Shown here: piece by piece, positions 1 to 10,148 of the stretch
Position numbering within the stretch: the first letter of the stretch is position 1
Layout of the letters: each line of letters starts with the position of its first letter
IMG/VR virus record: IMGVR_UViG_3300029309_000010
Span: 21,137-85,136 of that record
Length of the DNA: 64,000 nucleotides
Direction: 5' to 3' (one strand)
DNA from: a virus
The notes under the pieces: model-generated
What the model was told of the DNA's origin: nothing
The model's input: only the letters and a program-made list of their open reading frames with translations
The model's database searches: none
Program-made: the position numbers and the translations under genes

Positions 1-1005
1 AGAGATCTAGAAGTATCTTTATATCCTGTCGGAGATCAAGGTAACTTTGATGCATATGATAAGATTGGTGAAGAATTCAAGCAGTGGGTGGCTAATATAG
101 CTACAAATAGATTAAAAAATCTTAGTCCATCTTCAAAATCATTAAAGGTTTGGCACATCAATGGATCAGAAAAGGTTTTGCCAAATCAATATTTATACAC
201 CTTTTATGAAACAGACTCTCCGACAGAAGAGGAGGTGAATATTGTTAATCTTCAGAAACACACATTCTTTTCTTGTTCTGAAGCAGCAGAAATTTTTAAA
301 GATAAAGGGTGTGATAATGTATCATACGTCCCTTTAGGGTTTGATGAGGATTTTCACGTTACAGACAAAAAGTATCTAGAAGATACGATACACTTTGGTC
401 TAGTTGGAAAATTTGAAAGAAGGAAAAATACACAAGCTATCATTCAACTCTGGACAGATAAGTTTGGGAACAACCCCAAGTATCAGCTTTCTTGTTTAGT
501 TCATAATCCATTTCTTAATGAAGATCAGATGAATCAAGCAATACAGTCTTCTCTTAGGGGTCAAAATTGGTCAAATGTTAATTTTTTGCCTCATTTGAAG
601 ACAAATTCTGAAATGAATGACTTCATAAACTCTATAGATATTGATCTCTCTGGTCTTTCTAATGGAGAGGGATGGAATCTACCTTCTTTTAACGCTACAG
701 CTTTAGGAAAATGGTCAATAGTTAGTAACTGTTCTGCCCATAAAGATTGGGCCACAGAACAAAACTCTATCCTTGTTGACCCAGTAGGCAAGCAACCATG
801 TTATGATAATTTCTTTTTCAAAGAGGGTAATACATTTAATCAAGGTCAGTATTATAAATTGAATGGAGATTCTATACTAGAATCCTTTGATAAAGCTATT
901 GATAAAGTGGGTCAAATCAACACAGAAGGGACAAAACTTCGTGACAGTTTTACATACTCAAAGACTATGGATGCGATTTTTTCACACATGTATAGCGATT
1001 CTTGA
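1..1005 (+). CDS. Glycosyltransferase, GT4/GT-B-like (5' truncated by window edge)
   Basis: Frame is open from base 1. Motifs include VPLGFD, FGLVGKFERRKN and the GT4-type 'GEGWNLPSFNATALGKWSIVSN'. Confidence 0.8.
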   Translation, partial: RDLEVSLYPVGDQGNFDAYDKIGEEFKQWVANIATNRLKNLSPSSKSLKVWHINGSEKVLPNQYLYTFYETDSPTEEEVNIVNLQKHTFFSCSEAAEIFKDKGCDNVSYVPLGFDEDFHVTDKKYLEDTIHFGLVGKFERRKNTQAIIQLWTDKFGNNPKYQLSCLVHNPFLNEDQMNQAIQSSLRGQNWSNVNFLPHLKTNSEMNDFINSIDIDLSGLSNGEGWNLPSFNATALGKWSIVSNCSAHKDWATEQNSILVDPVGKQPCYDNFFFKEGNTFNQGQYYKLNGDSILESFDKAIDKVGQINTEGTKLRDSFTYSKTMDAIFSHMYSDS

Positions 1006-1033
1006 TTGGTATAAAAATTGATAATAGATTATT

Positions 1034-1357
1034 ATGTATTATAAACTTAATAAAAAATTCATGGACTACTTTGATCAATTTGAAACTACTAAACACGCTA
1101 AAGTTAAAGATAGCGGTGATGTTTACGTTGGTGAATTTGAACTAGCTGGCTTCTCAAAAGATGATATTGAAATTTTAGCTACTGATGAAGAACTAAAAAT
1201 TCATGCAAAGAATGAAAAAAGAGAAAAAAGATTTAATTTAACATTGTATAGCGCTGTATCTATCTCTGATATCTCCTCCGAGACAAAAGATGGATTACTT
1301 ACAGTTACCATGCCTAAAAAATGTGTTAGTGAGCGAATAAAAATTAAAGTAAAATAA
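1034..1357 (+). CDS. Small heat-shock protein (Hsp20/alpha-crystallin)
   Basis: ELAGFSKDDIEI...L.I...F...DGLLTVTMPK signature, ending in an IxI/V-type tail (IKIKVK). Confidence 0.85.
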   Translation: MYYKLNKKFMDYFDQFETTKHAKVKDSGDVYVGEFELAGFSKDDIEILATDEELKIHAKNEKREKRFNLTLYSAVSISDISSETKDGLLTVTMPKKCVSERIKIKVK

Positions 1358-1737
1358 TGCCAATTTACGTCTACAAACACCCAACTGAGGAGAGATATGA
1401 GGAAATCATTCAGACTATGAGTGAGCCTCATGTCTTCTCCAAAGACGGGGTAGAGTGGAAAAGAGTATTTTTACCAACTCGTTGTTCAATATCAGCAAAT
1501 GCTGATCCATTTAATTCAAACTCTTTTGTAGAAAAAACTGCAAACATGAAAGGCACGTTTGGAGATATGATGGATTATTCAAAAGAACTTAGCGAAAAGA
1601 GGGCTGAGAAAGCTGGGGGAGAAGATCCTATTAAGAGACAACACTTCAATAGGTATGAGAAAGAAGTTGGCAAAAAACACATTGCCGATAAAAAGACTTC
1701 TTACGAAAATAAATCAGTTAAGATTGATTTTGATTGA
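1357..1737 (+). CDS. FmdB-family-like small protein (zinc-ribbon cysteines absent)
   Basis: N-terminus MPIYVYK...YEEIIQTMSE resembles FmdB MPxYxY, but there is no CxxC. Confidence 0.5.
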   Translation: MPIYVYKHPTEERYEEIIQTMSEPHVFSKDGVEWKRVFLPTRCSISANADPFNSNSFVEKTANMKGTFGDMMDYSKELSEKRAEKAGGEDPIKRQHFNRYEKEVGKKHIADKKTSYENKSVKIDFD

Positions 1738-2526
1738 TTATGCTGGAGAGGTTCCTATTCCAATATAACCCCATAGATGAGTTCCAGTTTGAACTACTAA
1801 ATTTTTTCCAGATATAGCTAAGGCTCCTATAGCAAAATTTTGTGCTGTATTAGATTCAGGAGCTAATCCTGTCCATATTGGAAGTGCGAAGCCTGTTTTA
1901 AAGGTGACTGTATCAGTGAAAATTGATGATCCTATAACATCTAAATTACCACTAAAAATACCAGAGCTATTAAAACTGGTATTGTCGCCAAAATAACTTT
2001 CGCCACCATTAAAAAAGTGACCGTTTGAAAAACTTGTTATTAAAGAATCTTGTAAACTGACCGATAAAGCAGATGAATCATTAAAATCTTTAATTACAGT
2101 GTTCCCAGTCGCAGTTTTTGTAAAAGTAACAGTGTCTCCAGCTACTAATGTATTATTTTGACCACTTCTTGATACTTCTACTGAACCAGCATTGAACAGC
2201 GCGTTTCCAATACCACTTATGTTACTATCATTAGCTCTAATCGCTATATTATCTCCATCAATTGGACCAGAGGCCAAAGTTGTATTATTGCCTAAAAATA
2301 GAAAATTTCCATCATTAGGGTCAAAACTATTATTACCACTATCAGCTAAACCAAAAACAGTTCTACCCCCTATTTTTAGGCTACCAGTAAATGCAAAATC
2401 TCCTGTTAATCCTCTGGATAAATTTAATTTAACACCAGTATCAGTTTGAGTAACAGATATGTCTCCAGAATCACTAAAAAAAGTAGCTAACTGTATCTGT
2501 TCAGGTTGAATTTTGTTAAATGACAT
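1738..2526 (-). CDS. Probable virion structural protein (S/T/G-rich, beta-rich)
   Basis: Composition matches the tail proteins, and an upstream GTGTAA late motif lies at 2552-2557. Confidence 0.5.
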   Translation of the reverse strand: MSFNKIQPEQIQLATFFSDSGDISVTQTDTGVKLNLSRGLTGDFAFTGSLKIGGRTVFGLADSGNNSFDPNDGNFLFLGNNTTLASGPIDGDNIAIRANDSNISGIGNALFNAGSVEVSRSGQNNTLVAGDTVTFTKTATGNTVIKDFNDSSALSVSLQDSLITSFSNGHFFNGGESYFGDNTSFNSSGIFSGNLDVIGSSIFTDTVTFKTGFALPIWTGLAPESNTAQNFAIGALAISGKNLVVQTGTHLWGYIGIGTSPA

Positions 2527-2564
2527 AATACAATAGATTATCTTTTATAAATTACACGAATTCA

Positions 2565-3125
2565 ATGAAATTTACTCTTTATAAGCCAAACTCTAAAAAT
2601 ACAGGGGCTGCTTTCAGTTTTGATCTAGCTAAGGACAAGAAGGGGAATGCAGTTATGTATGTCTCTATGATTCAGCAACACAGCTGGAACGATAAGACAA
2701 AAAGTGGCTCTTTTAAGGAAAATGCTAAGAATCCTGAAAAATCTGGCACAATCAAACTATCAGCAAATGAAGCTGGAGAAGTCCTTTCGTCATTTAAGAC
2801 TAGAATCCCTTTTGTCGCTTTTCACAGAAGGAATGACGATACAACTATAATAAAATTCACCCCTTGGGATAAGAAAAGAAAAATCATGGGCAAGGATGGA
2901 GATACTTGGCATGAAACTCCTGCATTTGGAGTCAGCGTTACACGAAATTCATCTATGACATTTAAGCTTCCTTTGGAAGCTGGAGAAACGGAGGTCTTAT
3001 CAGAGTTACTAAAAAAATATATTTTAGAATCCTTTATTGTGGCAGACGCATATAAACCTCAAGCTCCCAAAGAAGAAACTCAAGAAGATACCTTAGATAC
3101 TGAAGATTCAGATGTCCCATTCTAA
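2565..3125 (+). CDS. Single-stranded DNA-binding protein, Whirly/PC4-like fold
   Basis: Whirly-like pattern (LYK..AAFSF; LS.NEAG; AFH; KFTP; GVSV; LPLEAGETEVL) plus an acidic SSB-type C-terminal tip, EDSDVPF. Confidence 0.65.
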   Translation: MKFTLYKPNSKNTGAAFSFDLAKDKKGNAVMYVSMIQQHSWNDKTKSGSFKENAKNPEKSGTIKLSANEAGEVLSSFKTRIPFVAFHRRNDDTTIIKFTPWDKKRKIMGKDGDTWHETPAFGVSVTRNSSMTFKLPLEAGETEVLSELLKKYILESFIVADAYKPQAPKEETQEDTLDTEDSDVPF

Positions 3126-4824
3126 AAAAATAAAGGTATTATTCCACTCTAACCATAGTAGATTGGTTACTGGATTTGGTAAAAATACTAGAAATATTAT
3201 GATGGGTCTTCATAATGACCCAGATATAGAGGTTATTGAGGCTGCTAATGGAGCTAAGTTTGGAGCAGATCTTTTGACACCTTGGAAATCTTATGGAACT
3301 CACCCTAGCGATGCAGCCACCCTTCAAGCTATACAGGGAGATGGCCCAAAAGAAAGAATGGCTCAGTATGGATTTTATACAATAGATAAAATAATAGAAG
3401 AATGTAAACCCGACATATATCTTGGAGTCGAAGATATATGGGCTTTTACAGAATATGAAAATAAACCTTGGTGGAATAAGATAAATAAAATTCTTTGGAC
3501 TACATTAGATAGCTTGCCAATCTTAGATCAGGCCATCAAAATGGAACCTCTTTGTGATAAGATGCTTGTGTGGGCTTCTTTTGCAGAGAAAGAAATGAAT
3601 AGACTTGGGCACAATAACATAGAGACTATACACGGAGCTGTTGATTACACAAATTTTCGTCCTCTTGAAAATAGGATTCAAATAAGAAAGAAATTTGGAA
3701 TAAATGACGATTTTGTAATCGGTTTTGTATTTAAAAACCAGCTCAGAAAATCTGTCCCAAATCTGCTACAGGGATTTAAAATATTCAAAGAGCAAAATCC
3801 AGATGTAAAAACCAAGCTATTGCTACACACCGATTGGGGTGAAGTGGGACAAGGGTGGGATATCCCTAGATATATCAATGAAATGGGGATTGCCCCTGAA
3901 GATGTATTGTCCACATATGTTTGTCATGCTTGTGATTTTTACTTTGTATCTCACTATCAAGGAGAAGAAAAAAACTGTCCCAAATGTAAGGCTGAAAAAA
4001 CATTTAAAACAAAAAACAGCAACAAGGGTATTGGTGAAGTTGAGTTAAATGAGCTTTATAATTGCATGGATGTATACTGCCATCCTTTTACTAGTGGTGG
4101 TCAAGAGCTTCCTATTCAAGAGGCTAAATCAGCTGGTTTAGTAACTTTAGTTACAGAGTATTCCTGCGGGACTGACTCTTGTTATGAACACCAAGGCGGT
4201 ATCCCATTAAAATGGAATGAGTATAGAGAACCTCACACTCAATTCATTAAGGCGTCTACATGCCCAGAAGATATAGCAGATAAACTTAAAAAAGTTTACA
4301 GGATGGATGACATAGAAAAACTTTCTATAATTTCATCTGGAATTAAATATGTAAAAGATTCTTACTCTATTAGTAGCATTTGCAAAAAACTTAAAAAGGT
4401 CTTCTTTAGTTTAGATAAACCAAAATTTGAAGAAAAAGAAGAAGATAAAAATACACAGAATCTAATTAGTCTAGATGATGTTTTAGATGATGAAGGGCCT
4501 ACAAATAGAATAGCAGTAGTGTTGCCAGAATCTGCTGGAGATATTCTCATATTGAATTCTTTAATGGAAAACTTGAAATCTTTGTATCCAGAAAAAAATA
4601 TCTATATCTTCACTAAACCAGAATACTATCAAATGATTGAGGATAATCCCGCAATACACAAACTTCTTCCATATAACCCTCAAGTAGAAAATCTTTTATT
4701 CTTAGAGGGTAGAGGTGATCACGAAGGATATTTTGAAATGGCCTTTCTACCTAACATTGGAACACAAAGACATTTGAATTATCTTCACAACGGAAAAGAT
4801 AAAACACAATTTGAATTAAGATGA
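3112..4824 (+). CDS. Glycosyltransferase GT4-like with zinc-ribbon insert and C-terminal GT9-like domain
   Basis: TGFGKNT, KNQLRKSVP and 'YNCMDVYCHPFTSGGQELPIQEAKSAG'. Also a CHAC...CPKC insert and a C-terminal 'SAGDILILNSLMENLKSLYPE...IEDNPAI' (GT9 N-terminal pattern). Confidence 0.8.
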   Translation: MSHSKKIKVLFHSNHSRLVTGFGKNTRNIMMGLHNDPDIEVIEAANGAKFGADLLTPWKSYGTHPSDAATLQAIQGDGPKERMAQYGFYTIDKIIEECKPDIYLGVEDIWAFTEYENKPWWNKINKILWTTLDSLPILDQAIKMEPLCDKMLVWASFAEKEMNRLGHNNIETIHGAVDYTNFRPLENRIQIRKKFGINDDFVIGFVFKNQLRKSVPNLLQGFKIFKEQNPDVKTKLLLHTDWGEVGQGWDIPRYINEMGIAPEDVLSTYVCHACDFYFVSHYQGEEKNCPKCKAEKTFKTKNSNKGIGEVELNELYNCMDVYCHPFTSGGQELPIQEAKSAGLVTLVTEYSCGTDSCYEHQGGIPLKWNEYREPHTQFIKASTCPEDIADKLKKVYRMDDIEKLSIISSGIKYVKDSYSISSICKKLKKVFFSLDKPKFEEKEEDKNTQNLISLDDVLDDEGPTNRIAVVLPESAGDILILNSLMENLKSLYPEKNIYIFTKPEYYQMIEDNPAIHKLLPYNPQVENLLFLEGRGDHEGYFEMAFLPNIGTQRHLNYLHNGKDKTQFELR

Positions 4825-5945
4825 GTCACCTAGCAGAAGAATATGCAAAATCATGTGGTGTCAAAATAGGAAATCCTGTTTTAAAACCCCACTACTTTCC
4901 GATTATGTATGACAAATACATAACTATCCATAATGACAAAAAAGTTCAATCTAAAGAATATAACATGTGGCCCGATGTTATAGAGTTACTTAAATCTAAA
5001 TTAAATGACATAAAGATTATACAGATTGGATCTCACGGAGAAGAAAGAATACAGGGTGTAGATGATCATGTCCCAACAAACTCATTAAAACAATGCTCTT
5101 ACATTATAAATAATTCTTTAGGTCATGTAGGTATTGATAGCGTCCCCGTGCATATAGCATCTGCACTAGATAAACCTGTTGTTAGTATATATGCTCATAC
5201 CTATGCTGATACCTGCAATCCCTTGTGGAATAAAAATTCTAAATTCATAACCATTGAATCTGATCGAGGCGGTAAAAAGCCATCCTTTTCATTGGAAGAG
5301 CATCCTAAAACAATTAATTTTATTAAACCAGAAACTATAGCTCAAGCTGTGCTTGATGTATTAGACATAAATAAAACAATAAAACACAAAACGATATACA
5401 TCGGAGATAGATATACGAGTAATTTTGTAGAAGTGATACCCACAATTCAAACAAACGTAATAGCTCCCTTGATAGATGTTAGAATGGATTACGCTCATAA
5501 CGAAAGCGTATTAGAAGGAATCCTACAGAAAAATGAAGTCGAGGTTACTACCAAAAAACCTATAAACGAAAATATTATAAGGTCTGGTAGAATTAAAAAA
5601 ATTGTTTATCAGGCAGATTCTTTTGATCAAGATTTTTTAAAATTAATAAAGTCTTCTGGAATATCTCACGTTATAATCTGCACATCTCAAAAAAATCTTG
5701 CAGAAGAAAGATCTAAAAATTTTGATACTTTGATAAACCATCTTGATCTGAAACATTTAATCAACACTAATAAAAGTAAAGTAAATCATAAAGATCCAAG
5801 CTCTCTTAAAATAAAAAGCAATAAAAAAGTTGTTTGCGGAAACAAGATTTACGACAGTTTCTTTGATTTAAACAGCAGGAAAAACTTAGATCATTTTTTC
5901 ATTGACCTAGAGTTCTTTAGGGTTTATACTGATTCAAATGAGTAA
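4821..5945 (+). CDS. Glycosyltransferase family 9 (heptosyltransferase-like)
   Basis: 'KEYNMWPDVI', 'IIQIG' and 'HVGIDSVPVHIASALDKPVVSIY' match the GT9 C-terminal motif. Confidence 0.8.
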   Translation: MSHLAEEYAKSCGVKIGNPVLKPHYFPIMYDKYITIHNDKKVQSKEYNMWPDVIELLKSKLNDIKIIQIGSHGEERIQGVDDHVPTNSLKQCSYIINNSLGHVGIDSVPVHIASALDKPVVSIYAHTYADTCNPLWNKNSKFITIESDRGGKKPSFSLEEHPKTINFIKPETIAQAVLDVLDINKTIKHKTIYIGDRYTSNFVEVIPTIQTNVIAPLIDVRMDYAHNESVLEGILQKNEVEVTTKKPINENIIRSGRIKKIVYQADSFDQDFLKLIKSSGISHVIICTSQKNLAEERSKNFDTLINHLDLKHLINTNKSKVNHKDPSSLKIKSNKKVVCGNKIYDSFFDLNSRKNLDHFFIDLEFFRVYTDSNE

Positions 5946-6708
5946 GAAAAAGATCTACGGACCAGATATCTACAAGCGTAACGAGCACGGATTGCTTGAG
6001 AATGTAGACTACGAATTTAATGAAGATGGCTCTGTAAACTGGAGAGCTATGATCAAGGAGGAGTTCTTATATCCAAACAAAGACTGGTTTGTCTCAAGAA
6101 AAAAAGATGTTCCTAATTCTGTAGAGGGCCTTTCTGATAAACAGCTTCTTATCATGCTTGGAGGCATCAAAGAGTTAGCTAAAATGAGAGGATACTCCAC
6201 GGTAGCTTTTGATGTGACTCAGCCTTCAGATGGATATGTAACTGCTAAATGCACGATAAATTGGTATAAGAATTATGAGACACAAGATGAAGTCGCATAC
6301 CAAGACTATGCTAATGCTACTCTTGCAAATACAGACAACTTCTGCGCTAAGTTCTTAGAAACAATAGCTTGTAACCGAGCTTTTGTGCGTTGTGTTCGTA
6401 ATTATCTAAATATCCACATTGTGGGTGCAGATGAGATTGATAAGTCAAAAGGCGCTAATAATTCAAACACCGTAGAACATGACTCTTCTAGTGATGCAGT
6501 AATGCTCCCTCTGACTCCTTCAGGGGCGCTACAGAAGGCTTTGGGAGATAAGTTGGGTGACAGCTCATTTGATAGCTTCAAGACGTTTCTGAGGCAACTG
6601 TGGAAGGATGATTCCTACAGGAATGAAGACGCAAAGGATTGGTCTTCTTATGAGGATCTACCCGCAAAAGAATGTAGAAAAATAATTTCTATAATAAAGA
6701 AATTATAA
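5938..6708 (+). CDS. Probable ssDNA-annealing protein (Rad52/Sak/RecT-like)
   Basis: 'GGIKELAK' and 'ETIACNRAFVRCVRNYLNI..VGADEI' resemble the A.xRA..RA.R...I....EE motif of phage annealing proteins. Confidence 0.5.
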   Translation: MSKKKIYGPDIYKRNEHGLLENVDYEFNEDGSVNWRAMIKEEFLYPNKDWFVSRKKDVPNSVEGLSDKQLLIMLGGIKELAKMRGYSTVAFDVTQPSDGYVTAKCTINWYKNYETQDEVAYQDYANATLANTDNFCAKFLETIACNRAFVRCVRNYLNIHIVGADEIDKSKGANNSNTVEHDSSSDAVMLPLTPSGALQKALGDKLGDSSFDSFKTFLRQLWKDDSYRNEDAKDWSSYEDLPAKECRKIISIIKKL

Positions 6709-9306
6709 TCCCAGTCTATTTCTCTGAGAGGCTGACAATAGAGTTGGTATACTAGATTTTGGAGTAAGTGCCTCCATACCCTGAACCAATAAGAAATTTT
6801 GGTCTGGTGGTATAATCTTTATTGTAGACTCATCTATAGTTGTTCTAACCCCATTAGAGGTAATAGATATGGATATTCCATTTATAGTCGGTTTAAATTT
6901 AGGAATTTGAAGACCGTAAACTGTCCTGCTTGATGATTTTGGAATATCTAAAACATCATTAAATTTTCCTCTAATAGATTGCAACACTTTCATCTCTGCG
7001 GTTGAACCAGACAAACTAGATAGTGTTAATTTATTTAAAATACTGTGAGGTGGTGATTCTACAGATTTAAATATTAAATCAAACCTGTCACTAAGGTCGA
7101 TATTTTGTTGTGCTCCAGTTGAAGATGCTGCTATATCATCATCTTCTTTTTCTTCTCCTTCTTCATCATCTTTAACAACTCTTGTTTTGCTTCTTCTAAA
7201 ATTTAACTTTATTGTATTTTTTGTCTCAGTGGCTTTTTTGTAGTAACCGTTAGATTTTAATACCAGAGCCATTATAGCATCCACCATATCTTTTTCTTTT
7301 TCAAATCCCAATTCTCCACCAGTTGCAATAGGGCCTCCTAAAAATAAATCATTATGGTGTTCAAAAAATTCAAAACTTTGAGTTATGAATGTATTGTAAT
7401 CAACCTTATCTTGAACTTTAGCTCTATCATTGACTGGATTTGCTTTTTTAAGCTTAGGCAATGCTCTTATACCTATAAAATAATTATTATGGACACTCAC
7501 AGCTGGAGTAACTCCCTTTTTTCCTTGTGTTAATTCAGCGAGCTTGTTAATTTTTGGATCTAAATCTTTATCTAAAAGCTTAAACATACTGGATATAGGT
7601 TCCAATTCATCATGGTTTGATATTTTATCATCTCCATTAAAAGGCCCTAAAACATCAATACCATTTTTGTTATCAAAGCTCATTCTATCAGCTTTGTATT
7701 TAGAGTAACCATTTGATATATAAATACCACCAGCTATTGAAAAGTAAGTTTCTAGAAAAGGATGTAGTGCTGTTTCCTTTGCTTTAGGCATGGGTTTGGT
7801 GGCTCTATTTTTTAAATGGAAATATTTAAACTTATTGGTTATTCTGTTAGCTGGCACTTTTTTATTTTCATCATTTTCGTCAATTACTTTTAGCTTTGTT
7901 TTTAACGCTTGGTCTTTTGCAGCTTGTTTAGTAGGGTCATCATATATAGTTAATAGTCTCGCAAAATCCTCTAGATCAAGTCTTGCATATGGCCTCAACT
8001 CAACTATGTCTTCTGCGCCTTTGCGGACTAGTGCTATTAGTCCTTTGTCATCTTCAAATTCTTCAAGATATAAATTATTTACATTAAATGGGCCATTTTC
8101 CTCTAAATCATTTTCTTCGAAATAATCTTCGAACTTCGCCTCTGGGTAATCACCTGATGCAAAAATAGACATCAAATATGTAAATTTGTTAAAGACTTCT
8201 TCGCTTTCATTTTGATCAAAAATGCTGAAGTAAGCACCCATAACAATTCTACTGCACTTTTGTTGTAATAAAGGTTTAGCATTATCATCATCCTCTTCTC
8301 CCTCTTTTTTAAGTCTTTCAAATCTAACTCTTTTTAAAAATACTGATTTTAAACGATCATCCCCATCAGATGATTCTGAACCCCGATCTTTTTCAGAGGT
8401 TCCACTGTAGCTATTTACAATCTTGTTAGATAATTTGCTTTCTGAGAAAGAAGCGTTAAGAATATTAGGGTCATTGGTTTCTGTGAAATTTTCTATTTCA
8501 AGCTGGCTAGCTATACTGGTATTTATAAATTTTATAATTCCAGTGTCAGGGTCAGTAAACCAAAAGTAACCTAGATAACTAGCTATTGTTGAAACTACAC
8601 TATTTAAAGTCCCGCTTGCTTCAAATAACACATCCTTTTCATTTTCATCTGGCAAACCCTCTATTCCAAGACCAGCCAAATTAATTATTTTTTTAAAGTC
8701 TCCTAAATTATATCCGAACTTTAAATCATACTGTGATAAATCAGGCTGGCTTTTGTATTGCGCTGAAACAAAATCTGTATTCAAAGATAGTTTTTCTATC
8801 AGCTCTTTGTTATTATAAACTAAATTCATTTTAACGCCTTTTTCAGTCGATGCTGACTCTGCATTAAATATTCTACCAGCTTCTATTATTGATCCATTTC
8901 TTTTTGGTTCCAAAACTTGAAACGAATCTAAGGGACTATTTGAAACTTCTGAATAAAAAGGCATCCCTCCTTCGAAATTCAGACCTCCCTCTGGTCCTAA
9001 ATGCATTCCCCTTAAAAGAACTATATAAGAATTTAAAATTAAAGATGTCCTATCTACATACTTTCTAGATATTGTTTTTTTAGTTGGATCAGAAGATTTT
9101 GTGATTTGAGTGCATATGAATCTACTCATCATTTTTGAAATATTTTCATTAGAAAAATCATTTACCTCTCCTAGATCTCCAATGACTATTCCTAAATCTT
9201 CTCCAGTTTGAATTTTTTTAGGATTTAAAACTGACCTAATTGATGCTGAATGACCACCTCCAGAATTAGTAAAATTTAATTCTATATTTGTTATAGACTC
9301 ACTCAT
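6703..9306 (-). CDS. Tail tip/baseplate hub-like protein
   Basis: 867-aa ORF at the distal end of the tail operon. 'VVSTIASYLGYFWFTD' resembles hub-protein patterns. Confidence 0.45.
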   Translation of the reverse strand: MSESITNIELNFTNSGGGHSASIRSVLNPKKIQTGEDLGIVIGDLGEVNDFSNENISKMMSRFICTQITKSSDPTKKTISRKYVDRTSLILNSYIVLLRGMHLGPEGGLNFEGGMPFYSEVSNSPLDSFQVLEPKRNGSIIEAGRIFNAESASTEKGVKMNLVYNNKELIEKLSLNTDFVSAQYKSQPDLSQYDLKFGYNLGDFKKIINLAGLGIEGLPDENEKDVLFEASGTLNSVVSTIASYLGYFWFTDPDTGIIKFINTSIASQLEIENFTETNDPNILNASFSESKLSNKIVNSYSGTSEKDRGSESSDGDDRLKSVFLKRVRFERLKKEGEEDDDNAKPLLQQKCSRIVMGAYFSIFDQNESEEVFNKFTYLMSIFASGDYPEAKFEDYFEENDLEENGPFNVNNLYLEEFEDDKGLIALVRKGAEDIVELRPYARLDLEDFARLLTIYDDPTKQAAKDQALKTKLKVIDENDENKKVPANRITNKFKYFHLKNRATKPMPKAKETALHPFLETYFSIAGGIYISNGYSKYKADRMSFDNKNGIDVLGPFNGDDKISNHDELEPISSMFKLLDKDLDPKINKLAELTQGKKGVTPAVSVHNNYFIGIRALPKLKKANPVNDRAKVQDKVDYNTFITQSFEFFEHHNDLFLGGPIATGGELGFEKEKDMVDAIMALVLKSNGYYKKATETKNTIKLNFRRSKTRVVKDDEEGEEKEDDDIAASSTGAQQNIDLSDRFDLIFKSVESPPHSILNKLTLSSLSGSTAEMKVLQSIRGKFNDVLDIPKSSSRTVYGLQIPKFKPTINGISISITSNGVRTTIDESTIKIIPPDQNFLLVQGMEALTPKSSIPTLLSASQRNRLGL

Positions 9307-10148
9307 AATATTAGATTTTCTACTTTTGATGTAACTTCAAAGTTTGGTCCAGCTATTCCTCCACTAATTAAACATGGTTTTCCTTCTTGTATAATATTTA
9401 CACCTGTATACAGCTCTAGATAACTAGATGGAAGTTCAACCATTCCATTTATATAGAAATTAGTTCTACCCTCTATAAAACCTGATCCAGTTAGATCAGG
9501 CGATGAACCTGTTATTGAGTTAGATCTAAATCGTTTCTTGTAAGCTGTGTAAACAAAATTTGATTTGTTATCTGCTGTGACAATACCATTAGCCGTAGCA
9601 GAATTATTAAACAAGGGAGTTTTAACAGTGGCGGCTTCAACCCCAACACCATCACCAGAGTAAACTTTTTGACCATTTAAAAAATAGTCCATGTCTTCAA
9701 ATATATAGTCACTGCCTATGGCAGAGTTAATGCTAGCTACTAAAGTTTGTCCAAAATCACCACGCGCAGCTATCATCGCAGATCCTGAAATTATATTATA
9801 TAAAATATTTGAAGTAGATTTCGCAGGGACAGTGTTGTGAAAAAATACTCTATTAATATCAATTATGTCTGCTTCTGTTCCTTTCACAAAATAATCACCA
9901 GTATTAATTTGATAGGATATTTCATTTGCAGCTTGTCCAGTTATAGGGACTTCTTGTAAAAGAGTTTGTGAGTTCAGGCTTAATTGCAATCTTTTGTCAC
10001 CCGTAGAATTTGCCCTATCATAATAAAATAAACCAGCGCTACCAACAGCTTCTCTGTTTAGCTCTAAAAAATTATCTGTGTGGAAAAAATCAGAGGAACA
10101 TCCTGATAAACTACTCTCTCCAGTAAAAATTACAGAATCATATATCAT
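9303..10148 (-). CDS. Virion structural protein (tail module)
   Basis: Operon context, repeated (F/Y)(L/I)NG motifs, S/T-G rich. Confidence 0.5.
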   Translation of the reverse strand: MIYDSVIFTGESSLSGCSSDFFHTDNFLELNREAVGSAGLFYYDRANSTGDKRLQLSLNSQTLLQEVPITGQAANEISYQINTGDYFVKGTEADIIDINRVFFHNTVPAKSTSNILYNIISGSAMIAARGDFGQTLVASINSAIGSDYIFEDMDYFLNGQKVYSGDGVGVEAATVKTPLFNNSATANGIVTADNKSNFVYTAYKKRFRSNSITGSSPDLTGSGFIEGRTNFYINGMVELPSSYLELYTGVNIIQEGKPCLISGGIAGPNFEVTSKVENLIL

